Shown one piece after another: positions 7,738 through 15,476 of a DNA stretch of 24,166 nucleotides. Position numbers and translations under genes: made by a program. Source of the DNA: a virus (taxonomy: Duplodnaviria; Caudoviricetes); IMG/VR virus record IMGVR_UViG_3300027808_000165, positions 1 through 24,166 of that record. One strand, 5' to 3'. Below the pieces are notes generated by a model, which was not told the DNA's origin, did no database searches, and saw only the letters and a program-made list of their open reading frames with translations. How positions within the stretch are numbered: position 1 is the stretch's first letter; each line of letters begins with the position of its first letter.

Positions 7738-8234
7738 ATCTGTAGTGAATTTCTAAGTGTTACTTTAGCTTTCTTAATTGTACGATAAAGATAGTTAAGA
7801 GGTATGCCTGTCTCTTGAGCTAACTCTTGGTAGCTGAAATCATCTAATGCATAAAGAAAGAATAGCTCTCTCTCAAAGTATGGCAGCCTGCTGATAAAGA
7901 TATCTAACTGCTCATTCTCTAAGCGCATCCCTACACTTTTGTTTACATCATCAATGATATCATTCTTTAAATCACTTCGTATCTTCTCAAATCTTAAACG
8001 AGTGTAGTTAAATGAGCTGTTACTGCAGCGTGCAGATAGTCTAATAGCATTGCTAACGTAATTGTTTAGCTTACCTCGGTTATGAATATCCTGCAATTTA
8101 TCATTATCACTTTCTAATATCTTCAGCAGCGTATCGTGTAAAAGCTCATCAGCTAAATCTAAACGAGTAACAGTTGCTGCTACTCTGCGCCATTCGGCAT
8201 AGCATCTATTAATTTCAGATGTGTAGGTACTCAT
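7734..8234 (-). CDS. ECF-like sigma-70 family RNA polymerase sigma factor
   Basis: Region 2-like ADELLHDTLLK..YVSNAIR and region 4 HTH LPYFERELFFLYALDDFSYQELAQETGIPLNYLYRTIKKAK. Confidence 0.8.
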   Translation of the reverse strand: MSTYTSEINRCYAEWRRVAATVTRLDLADELLHDTLLKILESDNDKLQDIHNRGKLNNYVSNAIRLSARCSNSSFNYTRLRFEKIRSDLKNDIIDDVNKSVGMRLENEQLDIFISRLPYFERELFFLYALDDFSYQELAQETGIPLNYLYRTIKKAKVTLRNSLQI

Positions 8235-8562
8235 CTATAATTAATTTAGCCTCATCAAAACCTTTACAAATAGCGCAGAAATATCCCCTCTCAGTTAGCT
8301 TCTTATGCCACTCTTTTTGATGTAAGCTTACTACTCCTCCCTTTTCTCGCTTCATCTCAATAGCTAAGCCATGGAAGGCATCACGAGGCTCATAGATGAA
8401 TACATCAGGAAAGCCTTTAACATATCCTGTGCGCTTCATCATAATGGCTTGACGCATTGAAGTTCTAACACCTCCAGCACTCGCACAGTAAAGAGTGCCA
8501 GGATACTGAGCATTAACATAGTTAATAACAGCCTCTTGAATTAGAGCCTCTTCGTTCTTCAT
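8215..8562 (-). CDS. VRR-NUC domain endonuclease
   Basis: EALIQ, GFPDVFI, AIEMK and SLHQKEW (PD-(D/E)xK nuclease). Confidence 0.85.
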   Translation of the reverse strand: MKNEEALIQEAVINYVNAQYPGTLYCASAGGVRTSMRQAIMMKRTGYVKGFPDVFIYEPRDAFHGLAIEMKREKGGVVSLHQKEWHKKLTERGYFCAICKGFDEAKLIIDEYLHI

Positions 8563-8567
8563 GTGCT

Positions 8568-8575
8568 CAAAATTA
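8568..8575 (-). promoter_or_regulatory. sigma-A -7 element TAATTTTG (near-leaderless start for VRR-NUC/sigma operon)
   Basis: TAnnTTTG match 5 nt upstream of the ATG at 8562. Confidence 0.5.
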
Positions 8576-8592
8576 GTGTATTAACTTATCTC

Positions 8593-8624
8593 ATTTGAAC
8601 ATCTTGTTAACATACTTATTCACA
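8593..8624 (+). promoter_or_regulatory. three phased DnaA-box-like nonamers
   Basis: ATTTGAACA (8593), TTGTTAACA (8604), TTATTCACA (8616; matches TTWTNCACA). Confidence 0.45.
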
Positions 8625-8638
8625 TAGCAATTAAGTAA

Positions 8639-8646
8639 TATATTTG
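8639..8646 (+). promoter_or_regulatory. sigma-A -7 element TATATTTG on the non-coding strand
   Basis: Exact TAnnTTTG match; a same-strand terminator starts ~55 nt downstream. Confidence 0.6.
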
Positions 8647-8651
8647 GCTAT

Positions 8652-8733
8652 CCATTTTAGCCTTTTGGTTTAGGCTTATATTGATTATTTGATTACAGGA
8701 TAGGCTTGCAAACGTGCAGGCCTATTTTGTTTT
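8652..8733 (+). ncRNA. candidate trans-acting antisense sRNA (~80 nt)
   Basis: Bounded by a promoter and a terminator; hairpin AGCCU(UUUGGUUU)AGGCU; segments complementary to start regions of phage genes. Confidence 0.6.
8700..8733 (+). terminator. intrinsic terminator (+ strand)
   Basis: ATAGGCTTGCA-AACG-TGCAGGCCTAT stem with a U-G wobble valid only on +, followed by TTTGTTTT. Confidence 0.7.
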
Positions 8734-8791
8734 ATACCCTTTTGCGTATAATTTGAGGATATTAGCAGATATTATACGTTATCGGGTATAA
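8732..8791. repeat. tandem palindromic sites TTATAC-N8-GTATAA x2 (operator-like)
   Basis: 8732-8751 and 8772-8791, 40-bp period, together forming a larger dyad. Confidence 0.7.
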
Positions 8792-8796
8792 TTTTA

Positions 8797-10116
8797 TTAG
8801 ATAAAAGCGTACTTAGTATAGTTCCTATTGAGCTCAAAGTAAGCTCGCATCATTATAGCATCTGCTATATCGGGAGAGATTCCTCCGGTGCGCTGGCTAA
8901 TCGTGTCTTTAGATGTTACTCTTAGCTTTCCTTCCTTATCGGGATCTACTCTTCTAATCAATTCTAACTCTTTGCAGATATCTTCCTGCCATTTGATAGG
9001 GAAAGTAATCTCATTCTTATCTATCAGCTCGCCAAGTCTAAAGTAGCAGTCTGCTTTTAGATTCATGTACTGAGTTCCTCTCACAGCTTTACTGCCATTC
9101 ATAAACTCTCTGCATCTAAGACTATCTACCAAGCCACCGCCTACCCCATCAGCATCGGCAAGCACATTAGATAGCCTAACACTATACTGATTCATTAAGC
9201 GCTGTATCTCTGCCTTAACTTCATCTTGTCGCTTCTGCCTAAGCACTACTATATCAATACAGCTCAATCCTTTCCATACACAAAGCACTGTTCTATCCTT
9301 TCCAAGTCGCGCTATATCTGCTGTGATGTATCCTTCACCTACATTCATAGGCTCTCTAAAGCAGCGCATCAGCTCATCATAAAGATAAAGTCTATCACTG
9401 CTGTTATCAAATTCCCAATCACCCTCTAAGAGTCTCTTTCTATCAGCTTCGGGAAGCCTGCTAAGGCTTGTTACATAAGCTTCGGGTAAGTGTATATTAT
9501 CACCAGGTAGCGCCTGCACAAAAGCAAGGTGATCAGGCAGATTCTGATTCTTGTATGGTAAGTAGAATTGGTTATAGATCCATCCCTTCGAAGGATTGCA
9601 CGTGAGTAGAATCTTTGGCTTAAGTCCAAACTCATTAAGCTTGTACCGGATACGTGAGCACACTACACTGTATGCCTTCTCACTTATCTCTGTAGCTTCA
9701 TCTAAAAATACATCTGTTAGCTCTAATCCCCCAAGGTCCTGATAATGTGGATCTGAGGGGTAAAATTGCAAATCGGCTAAGATTATCTCTGAGCCATTGC
9801 TGAACTTAATAATATGTGATTGCTGATTATAGCTAAAATCTTCTCCTGCTTTCAAGCCGATATCATTAGCTACCTGAAAAAATGTATTCATGGTAGTCTT
9901 TTTTAGAGTGTCTAACTTAGCTCGGCCTATGAGAGATCGTGTACCTGGATACTTTAAGCGCCTAAGAATCTGCCACATGCAGCCTAACATAGTCTTACCA
10001 CCGCCTGCAGCTCCTCCATAGAGGATTGTTTCTACTTGTGAATCTGCTGATAAGAATTTTAAAGCTTCAGATTGCCTTGTTAGTGGCTTAAAATTGTAGT
10101 TTATTTGTCTCTCCAT
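8797..10116 (-). CDS. terL: terminase large subunit
   Basis: Walker A YGGAAGGGKT, Walker B VFLDEA, LTCNP motif III, nuclease acidic residues ADIAR..D and SPDIADA. Confidence 0.93.
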   Translation of the reverse strand: MERQINYNFKPLTRQSEALKFLSADSQVETILYGGAAGGGKTMLGCMWQILRRLKYPGTRSLIGRAKLDTLKKTTMNTFFQVANDIGLKAGEDFSYNQQSHIIKFSNGSEIILADLQFYPSDPHYQDLGGLELTDVFLDEATEISEKAYSVVCSRIRYKLNEFGLKPKILLTCNPSKGWIYNQFYLPYKNQNLPDHLAFVQALPGDNIHLPEAYVTSLSRLPEADRKRLLEGDWEFDNSSDRLYLYDELMRCFREPMNVGEGYITADIARLGKDRTVLCVWKGLSCIDIVVLRQKRQDEVKAEIQRLMNQYSVRLSNVLADADGVGGGLVDSLRCREFMNGSKAVRGTQYMNLKADCYFRLGELIDKNEITFPIKWQEDICKELELIRRVDPDKEGKLRVTSKDTISQRTGGISPDIADAIMMRAYFELNRNYTKYAFI

Positions 10117-10979
10117 TGTACAAAAGTAGGTATTACTAATGTAGTGTCAACGGGTTTAGTTATTCTTTCTAAATCTAACTGCAATAGATAAGCGCCTAAA
10201 GGCTTAGGAGGTCTCATGCGCTCTACGTGAAAGCCCATAAAGCCTTCATCATATTCCTCTTTATAACTTGCTGTACGAATGTGATGCACATATCTCATAT
10301 TGATTCTATAGCCACCATTTGCAGCATAGCATAACTCCTCTACCATATCAGAGTGATGGTAAAGTTCATGCACGTGGCCTGCCCAAATGCAATCAGCTCC
10401 ATCTATCATTACACCCATACGGTTGTTCTGAATTACTCCCTTCGTAACTACTCCTCCTCCTCCTGATCCATGATAGTATTTAGTTTTAAACACCATCGCG
10501 CTCTTATCGTTTTTCATTACTCTATGAATCCACCACCCACCATATCCGCCTACTAAAACATTAGTGCCAGCTTCTCTATTTAATCCGCTTACAAAGCGCT
10601 CTATTAAGTCAGTCTCACAGTTCTTAATTATTGCAGTCTCATGATTACCATAGCCCACGAATACCATTAAATGAGCGTATGGCTTAAACCAATCTATTGC
10701 AGTGTTCACAAGCGCATCTAAGTAGTTAGCTACGTTGTGCTCCGGTAAGATGTCTTGCTTACTTCTACGCGGATCGTATTTACCTTGCATGCAGCAAAAT
10801 AAATCTCCATTAACAGCAAAGCTTATGTTTTCTGCCAAGCACTTATCTAAGTGAGCCTTGAGTAGCTTTCTATCGCAATGGGGATTATCCCAGTGCAGGT
10901 CGCTCATCAATAAGAATTTATCTCCACTCTTGCAAGTAGTGATTATGACATTTCTACCCTCGCGATATGATGTAATCAT
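10101..10979 (-). CDS. calcineurin-like metallophosphoesterase
   Basis: SDLHWD, NGD, GNHE, YHG and GHVH motifs in order. Confidence 0.85.
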   Translation of the reverse strand: MITSYREGRNVIITTCKSGDKFLLMSDLHWDNPHCDRKLLKAHLDKCLAENISFAVNGDLFCCMQGKYDPRRSKQDILPEHNVANYLDALVNTAIDWFKPYAHLMVFVGYGNHETAIIKNCETDLIERFVSGLNREAGTNVLVGGYGGWWIHRVMKNDKSAMVFKTKYYHGSGGGGVVTKGVIQNNRMGVMIDGADCIWAGHVHELYHHSDMVEELCYAANGGYRINMRYVHHIRTASYKEEYDEGFMGFHVERMRPPKPLGAYLLQLDLERITKPVDTTLVIPTFVQWRDK

Positions 10980-11310
10980 TTGTGATTATGTTAGATTTTA
11001 ACTCCTGAAAATTCTTTTTGAATTGGTTATAAGGTACATCTATTATTATTGCATTATCTATGCCTTGCATCAGCGCTAACGTGCGCTCTCCTACGTAGTA
11101 TGTACCATCTTTTCTAAACTCTACTTCAGCCTGGATGCCTACGCATTGGCGAGCATCAAACATAAAAGGAATATCCTCAGCATAAGTAGACTCAAGGCCT
11201 ATATCTTCGCTGTAATTCCACTGTATAATTGTGCAGCTGCACAGCTCAGGTAACAGCTTCGCGTTTAAATCTATTGGCTCCTTTTTCTTTCTAAATAGAT
11301 TCATGTTCAA
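10954..11310 (-). CDS. hypothetical protein
   Basis: 118 aa ORF overlapping the next gene start. Confidence 0.65.
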   Translation of the reverse strand: MNMNLFRKKKEPIDLNAKLLPELCSCTIIQWNYSEDIGLESTYAEDIPFMFDARQCVGIQAEVEFRKDGTYYVGERTLALMQGIDNAIIIDVPYNQFKKNFQELKSNIITNDYIISRG

Positions 11311-11315
11311 AGGTT

Positions 11316-11344
11316 AATAAAAAAGCCCAGCGTAGTGCTGAGCT
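11316..11344 (-). terminator. intrinsic terminator
   Basis: AGCTCAGC-ACTAC-GCTGGGCT followed by TTTTTATT. Confidence 0.75.
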
Positions 11345-11373
11345 CTTTAAGTTAGTTACTAACACCTATTTGT

Positions 11374-11381
11374 TAGTGGAA
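11374..11381 (-). promoter_or_regulatory. TTCCACTA motif, copy 2
   Basis: Same 8-mer, intergenic, preceded by AATTTC. Confidence 0.45.
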
Positions 11382-11398
11382 GAAATTAGATAATTCAA

Positions 11399-11749
11399 TC
11401 AGAATAGTGCTAACTGCTTTTCTATTACTACCTCTTTACCTGGTATTGCTATCTCACCCATTGCCATAAGAATGCCATCAAATCGGCCATTGTAGTTAGC
11501 TATAATTAAAGCTTGCTTCATCTCCGATTTAACCAATGCTACAGCCTCTTCTTTAGATGCGCTAACATCTTCCTCTTCCCAAGATAAAGGCCTGCTGATA
11601 GTTGTGCTTATACCTTGTATGTGATATGTGCGAGCATAACCATTTTTATTCTTAGCTATTTCATAGTTAGCTAAAACTCCATCAGCTTTATACCACATTG
11701 TATCTGCATTAGTACAGTTACCATCTTCATCATAAATATACTTGCTCAT
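11399..11749 (-). CDS. hypothetical protein
   Basis: 116 aa, ATGA-coupled; ends QLALF, which resembles a beta-clamp-binding QLxLF motif. Confidence 0.65.
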   Translation of the reverse strand: MSKYIYDEDGNCTNADTMWYKADGVLANYEIAKNKNGYARTYHIQGISTTISRPLSWEEEDVSASKEEAVALVKSEMKQALIIANYNGRFDGILMAMGEIAIPGKEVVIEKQLALF

Positions 11750-11940
11750 ATCTTACCCTCCCTAATCTCTATCTTGAAAAGCTCTTTAAGTATTTCTATC
11801 TCATGATCTTTAAAGTTGCTTATGCCCTGCTCGCGCAGACAGTAATTACTTTGCTCTATACCTAACTTGTATGCCAGGTAATCTTGGCTGTATCCATAAA
11901 AAAGCCTATAACATTTAATGCTTCTGTGAAATGATATCAT
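11746..11940 (-). CDS. XRE-family HTH protein
   Basis: IKCYRLFYGYSQDYLAYKLGIEQSNYCLREQG. Confidence 0.8.
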   Translation of the reverse strand: MISFHRSIKCYRLFYGYSQDYLAYKLGIEQSNYCLREQGISNFKDHEIEILKELFKIEIREGKI

Positions 11941-12683
11941 TCTTTCTCTTTGTTTATTTGTTTAATAATGTCAATGTAAATTAATCTACTCAGCTCAATC
12001 TTTTGCAAGCCATCAAATTCAGCTTGTGCAGATTCACCTAAGATAACTTTGTTAGATGCCTTGAATTTAGCCTCTACCTTTTGCTTGGCAATATCTTCAA
12101 AGCGTGCCCATACTTCGGGTGCCCACATAGATTTCTTATAGATGCCACTCTTAAACAGGCGCTGGCAGTTGTAAGGTGCAGATATTTCTACCCAAATTTC
12201 TTTACGCTGATTCCATCTATCCACATCAGCGTACAAAACATTTACAGGATCCGTAGGCTCAGGTCTTTTTATCTCAGCTTCCGGTAAGATGAGCGCCTTA
12301 TTCAGCTCTCTCCATACCTTAGCCTTATACTCTTCATAGCGTTTCAATACATCAGCCATAAATGAGATGCTGAATAGGTTAAAAGCTTCTACTCTTTCAA
12401 AGTCTTTACCTATTGCATTGTACAGGAATGCATTTTGCCAATCTTTAATACTTGTAGTCCGATACGTATTTTGTGTAAGTTGCTGAAGCAGAGTAACTTC
12501 TATGTCTGAAGGTAAAGCTTTAATCGAATTGATTACAGCAGCCTGCGCTATCAGCTCTCTGAACTCCTGCTCATTTAATGTATGCAGCTTAGGTGAGCTA
12601 ATGCATTCAGCAATAGCTCTCTCTTCAGCGCTTAGTGAACGATTGAAGCTCTGCTGTACTGATGCGGCCAATTCTTTGCTCAT
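11937..12683 (-). CDS. hypothetical protein (possible replication/helicase-loader partner)
   Basis: 248 aa helical ORF overlapping the replication-domain gene; function inferred from position only. Confidence 0.5.
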   Translation of the reverse strand: MSKELAASVQQSFNRSLSAEERAIAECISSPKLHTLNEQEFRELIAQAAVINSIKALPSDIEVTLLQQLTQNTYRTTSIKDWQNAFLYNAIGKDFERVEAFNLFSISFMADVLKRYEEYKAKVWRELNKALILPEAEIKRPEPTDPVNVLYADVDRWNQRKEIWVEISAPYNCQRLFKSGIYKKSMWAPEVWARFEDIAKQKVEAKFKASNKVILGESAQAEFDGLQKIELSRLIYIDIIKQINKEKE

Positions 12684-12948
12684 CTTGTATTGTTTTATTT
12701 TGGTTTATCTCACGTGCTCTCCACTGATCTGCAGCTGCTCGCCAGCTCTTCATAGAATTCTTACCTACTTTCCATCCATTAGATTCGTAATGGCAATAGA
12801 ATTTCTTAGCTAAGACTAAATCTTTCAGGTAGTCTACTACATCTGATAGTGATGGGGGTGTGAATTTGGTAGAGGATGCACGCTTTGTTTCAAGCGCTCG
12901 CACCCTTTCCTCAAGCGCTTCTATGCGCTTTAAAAGTATAGTCATCAT
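12625..12948 (-). CDS. phage replication-initiator C-terminal-like domain protein
   Basis: FTPPSLSDVVDY..FYCHYESNGWKVGKNSMKSWRAAADQW motif behind a short coiled coil. Confidence 0.6.
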   Translation of the reverse strand: MMTILLKRIEALEERVRALETKRASSTKFTPPSLSDVVDYLKDLVLAKKFYCHYESNGWKVGKNSMKSWRAAADQWRAREINQNKTIQDEQRIGRISTAELQSFTKR

Positions 12949-12959
12949 TTGGTTTAAGA

Positions 12960-13343
12960 TTATCGATTAGCCAAATATAGTAAGATTCTCTTCCACCAGG
13001 GTAATGCTACAGCTTTTTTTACAGGATTACTCTTTGGCATATTAACTAATCCGAGCATATCAATATCTGCTTTTGATGCCTGAATCTCACTGTAGTATTT
13101 ATTCTTTGCCTCAATAAACTGATTGAACTTATCCTGTCTAAGATGCTTTGCAGCTTCCCACTCACGTAAGCCTACCTTTTTAATAATGCCTACCTCTCTC
13201 ATGAGCTGCAGATATTGCTTGCCCATTCGTTCAGTTCTTAGCGCTGCGCTTGGAGTCATACCAGCGTTAACTAATACGCATACTCTTTTTACTCGGTCTA
13301 TGGTTACCTTACCGGTATCATAGCTAATGGTTAATTGCTTCAT
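12960..13343 (-). CDS. hypothetical protein
   Basis: 127 aa, A-rich start region, amphipathic PWWKRIL tail. Confidence 0.65.
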   Translation of the reverse strand: MKQLTISYDTGKVTIDRVKRVCVLVNAGMTPSAALRTERMGKQYLQLMREVGIIKKVGLREWEAAKHLRQDKFNQFIEAKNKYYSEIQASKADIDMLGLVNMPKSNPVKKAVALPWWKRILLYLANR

Positions 13344-13361
13344 TTGATTATTTGATTTATG

Positions 13362-13850
13362 TTATTTACTTAAACGATTAAATGCTCTATTCAAATCTTG
13401 GTTATCAATATGATTTAATATCTGCTCTACTCCAGCTCTATACATAGCATCGGTTTCTATCAGCCCCTCTACGTGCTTAACTGCATGTAGTACAGTTGCA
13501 TGATGCCGATTAAATACCTTGCCTACATCATAGAAGCTCATAGACGTACCCTTACGAATAATCCACATAGCTATCTGCCTAACATCATTCATTTCACGCT
13601 TTCTACATTTGCCCTTCATCTGATCCCAATCCACCTGGGTAAGATTGCATACAATCTTCATCATGTCATTAGTGAGCTTCTCATTAAGACTCTCTACTTC
13701 TCCGTTAATTGATTGCCAATTTAATTCGGGTATATTACTCTCGTTTACTACTCTAATGATATTATCAATTCGCTTGCGTGCAAAGTGCTGCTGATCTGAT
13801 GGTATCAGCAATATTAAATCTGCTATCTTTCTTTCTAATACGTGGCTCAT
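13362..13850 (-). CDS. stand-alone DnaA C-terminal (domain IV) DNA-binding protein
   Basis: RKREMNDVRQIAMWIIRKGTSMSFYDVGKVFNRHHATVLHAVKHVE fits the DnaA domain IV signature; no AAA+ domain. Confidence 0.85.
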   Translation of the reverse strand: MSHVLERKIADLILLIPSDQQHFARKRIDNIIRVVNESNIPELNWQSINGEVESLNEKLTNDMMKIVCNLTQVDWDQMKGKCRKREMNDVRQIAMWIIRKGTSMSFYDVGKVFNRHHATVLHAVKHVEGLIETDAMYRAGVEQILNHIDNQDLNRAFNRLSK

Positions 13851-14080
13851 TTGCTATCCTTCATTAATTCGATTATGTATGGTATCTCTTCCTCAGTTAT
13901 TGTAGCAAGCTTACCTATGTGCGTTACCTTCATAGTAAATGGCTGCTTAATAAACTTTTGAGCTGTTGGGTAACTTACCTCCAGCACTTCCGCAAAGGCT
14001 GCGACAGTCATAAAATGACTGCGCACCCATGCGTGAAATGGAGTAAGCTTAGAATGGCATTTCATCGTCTGCGCTTTCAT
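13847..14080 (-). CDS. small HTH-like protein
   Basis: TVAAFAEVLEVSYPTAQKFIKQP; the true start may be 14065. Confidence 0.6.
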   Translation of the reverse strand: MKAQTMKCHSKLTPFHAWVRSHFMTVAAFAEVLEVSYPTAQKFIKQPFTMKVTHIGKLATITEEEIPYIIELMKDSK

Positions 14081-14678
14081 TTGTTACTGCTTTAATTTGT
14101 ACTGCTTCTACTTCCTCACCTTTTAACCATGCTAAGAATATCTCAGCTGTATCTAACACATCACCTGGCTTACTACCCTTAACATCTTTGCAGAATAGCA
14201 CAGCATTGTTTAGAGCTACTGATTTAGAAATAGAGTTCTGAACATCCGGGCTTTCTTTGCGGTAATTAGAGCCGCTATTCACCGCACCGCTTGGAGCAGC
14301 TGCAGTACCTGAATACTGCATTGGATTCTGCATTTTAAAGTTAGTGCTCTTCTTGCCTGTTGGGCCAGTGCGCTCTTCGCTTGTGTAGTGAATGGTAGCG
14401 CCTACTGCTATCTTAGGGCTTTTCATATCCTTTACACCAATCTGCCCTACTTCATTTAAACCATTATTTGACTCTACTACCAAATCAAAATAATAGATTG
14501 TGCCGCTTGGGCCATTCCAATCTCTAACAAATTTCTGACTTTTAACAATTCCTTGTTTCATAACTGTGTTGTTTTTATTTATGTATTTACTTAACTTATC
14601 TGCTAACTTTTCTTCCTGCTCATCCCAATCAATAGTTGGCTTAAGCTTATCCCAATTAGGCTCTCTTGTGTAACTCAT
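14049..14678 (-). CDS. putative single-stranded DNA-binding protein
   Basis: OB-fold-like beta region, flexible linker and acidic aromatic tail ADDEMPF. Plausible starts at 14678 and 14561. Confidence 0.6.
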   Translation of the reverse strand: MSYTREPNWDKLKPTIDWDEQEEKLADKLSKYINKNNTVMKQGIVKSQKFVRDWNGPSGTIYYFDLVVESNNGLNEVGQIGVKDMKSPKIAVGATIHYTSEERTGPTGKKSTNFKMQNPMQYSGTAAAPSGAVNSGSNYRKESPDVQNSISKSVALNNAVLFCKDVKGSKPGDVLDTAEIFLAWLKGEEVEAVQIKAVTNESADDEMPF

Positions 14679-14811
14679 CAGGATTGTTTTGAAAGTATGA
14701 GCGCCAGCTCTCATAGACTATCTTTTCTGCTATTTGATTGAACTCTAACTCCTCTCCCGGTAGTGAGCTTTGTACGCAGATGAATCTGCTGTTGTAACGA
14801 TCAAATAACAT
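14656..14811 (-). CDS. hypothetical protein (51 aa)
   Basis: MLFDRYNSRF...; ATG at 14811 overlaps the end of the upstream gene. Confidence 0.55.
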   Translation of the reverse strand: MLFDRYNSRFICVQSSLPGEELEFNQIAEKIVYESWRSYFQNNPDELHKRA

Positions 14812-15031
14812 AGCGGTCAGACATAAAATAGTCATGTATATTCTCTTCGCCTTCACTTTCGAATTGAAATAGGAAAGTGCCATCATCAGGAAATACTTCC
14901 CCATGTTTTTTAGCTGTTGAGAAATCAGTTAGAGAGTAGCTGTGAGCATTTGTGTACAGCTGCCATTTGCATCCTTCGGCATCCCACCGAGATACGATTA
15001 CCTTACCGGTAACATTGTTTGGTTTGTTCAT
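14801..15031 (-). CDS. hypothetical early protein
   Basis: 76 aa, start region AATAATCAAATG. Confidence 0.65.
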   Translation of the reverse strand: MNKPNNVTGKVIVSRWDAEGCKWQLYTNAHSYSLTDFSTAKKHGEVFPDDGTFLFQFESEGEENIHDYFMSDRYVI

Positions 15032-15058
15032 TTGATTATTAATTAAGTTGCTAATATA

Positions 15059-15295
15059 CTAAATTCTTTTTATACTAATTACTACCTCATCATTTTCCCA
15101 CTCATACAGTGCGCCTTCGTTGTATTCATTAATCCACACTGGCGTATAGTCGAACTTGTAGATCTTCATGAGTAATGGTAGCATCTGCTGCGCTATTTCC
15201 CACGTATCTGCTATGAATAGGTTAGCAGTTCCTAAGCGCTCAGCTATAGAGATTTGCACCTCATCTAATGGGGTAACAGTTACATGGTATTTCAT
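15059..15295 (-). CDS. hypothetical early protein
   Basis: 78 aa, ATGA-coupled. Confidence 0.65.
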   Translation of the reverse strand: MKYHVTVTPLDEVQISIAERLGTANLFIADTWEIAQQMLPLLMKIYKFDYTPVWINEYNEGALYEWENDEVVISIKRI

Positions 15296-15474
15296 AGCTC
15301 TACCTCCTTACTTAGTAATACAGTCTTAGTAGGTATCCAGGTGATAGCTTCCTCATACTCAGCCTTAGCCTCTTCAAAGGTGCTAAAAGATTTAACATAG
15401 CTGCCATCAATTTTAAGATAGTAGCGTGTGCCATCATATTTGGCTTGCTCTTCAATTTCAAATAGTTTAGTCAT
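15292..15474 (-). CDS. hypothetical early protein
   Basis: 60 aa, coupled to its neighbours. Confidence 0.65.
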   Translation of the reverse strand: MTKLFEIEEQAKYDGTRYYLKIDGSYVKSFSTFEEAKAEYEEAITWIPTKTVLLSKEVEL

Positions 15475-15476
15475 GA

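Noticed and set aside
8620-8655. 11-codon - strand mini-ORF MDSQIYYLIAM with an A-rich leader
   Set aside because: The promoter and the wobble/U-tract polarity of the hairpin both favour a + strand RNA. Kept only as an alternative explanation.
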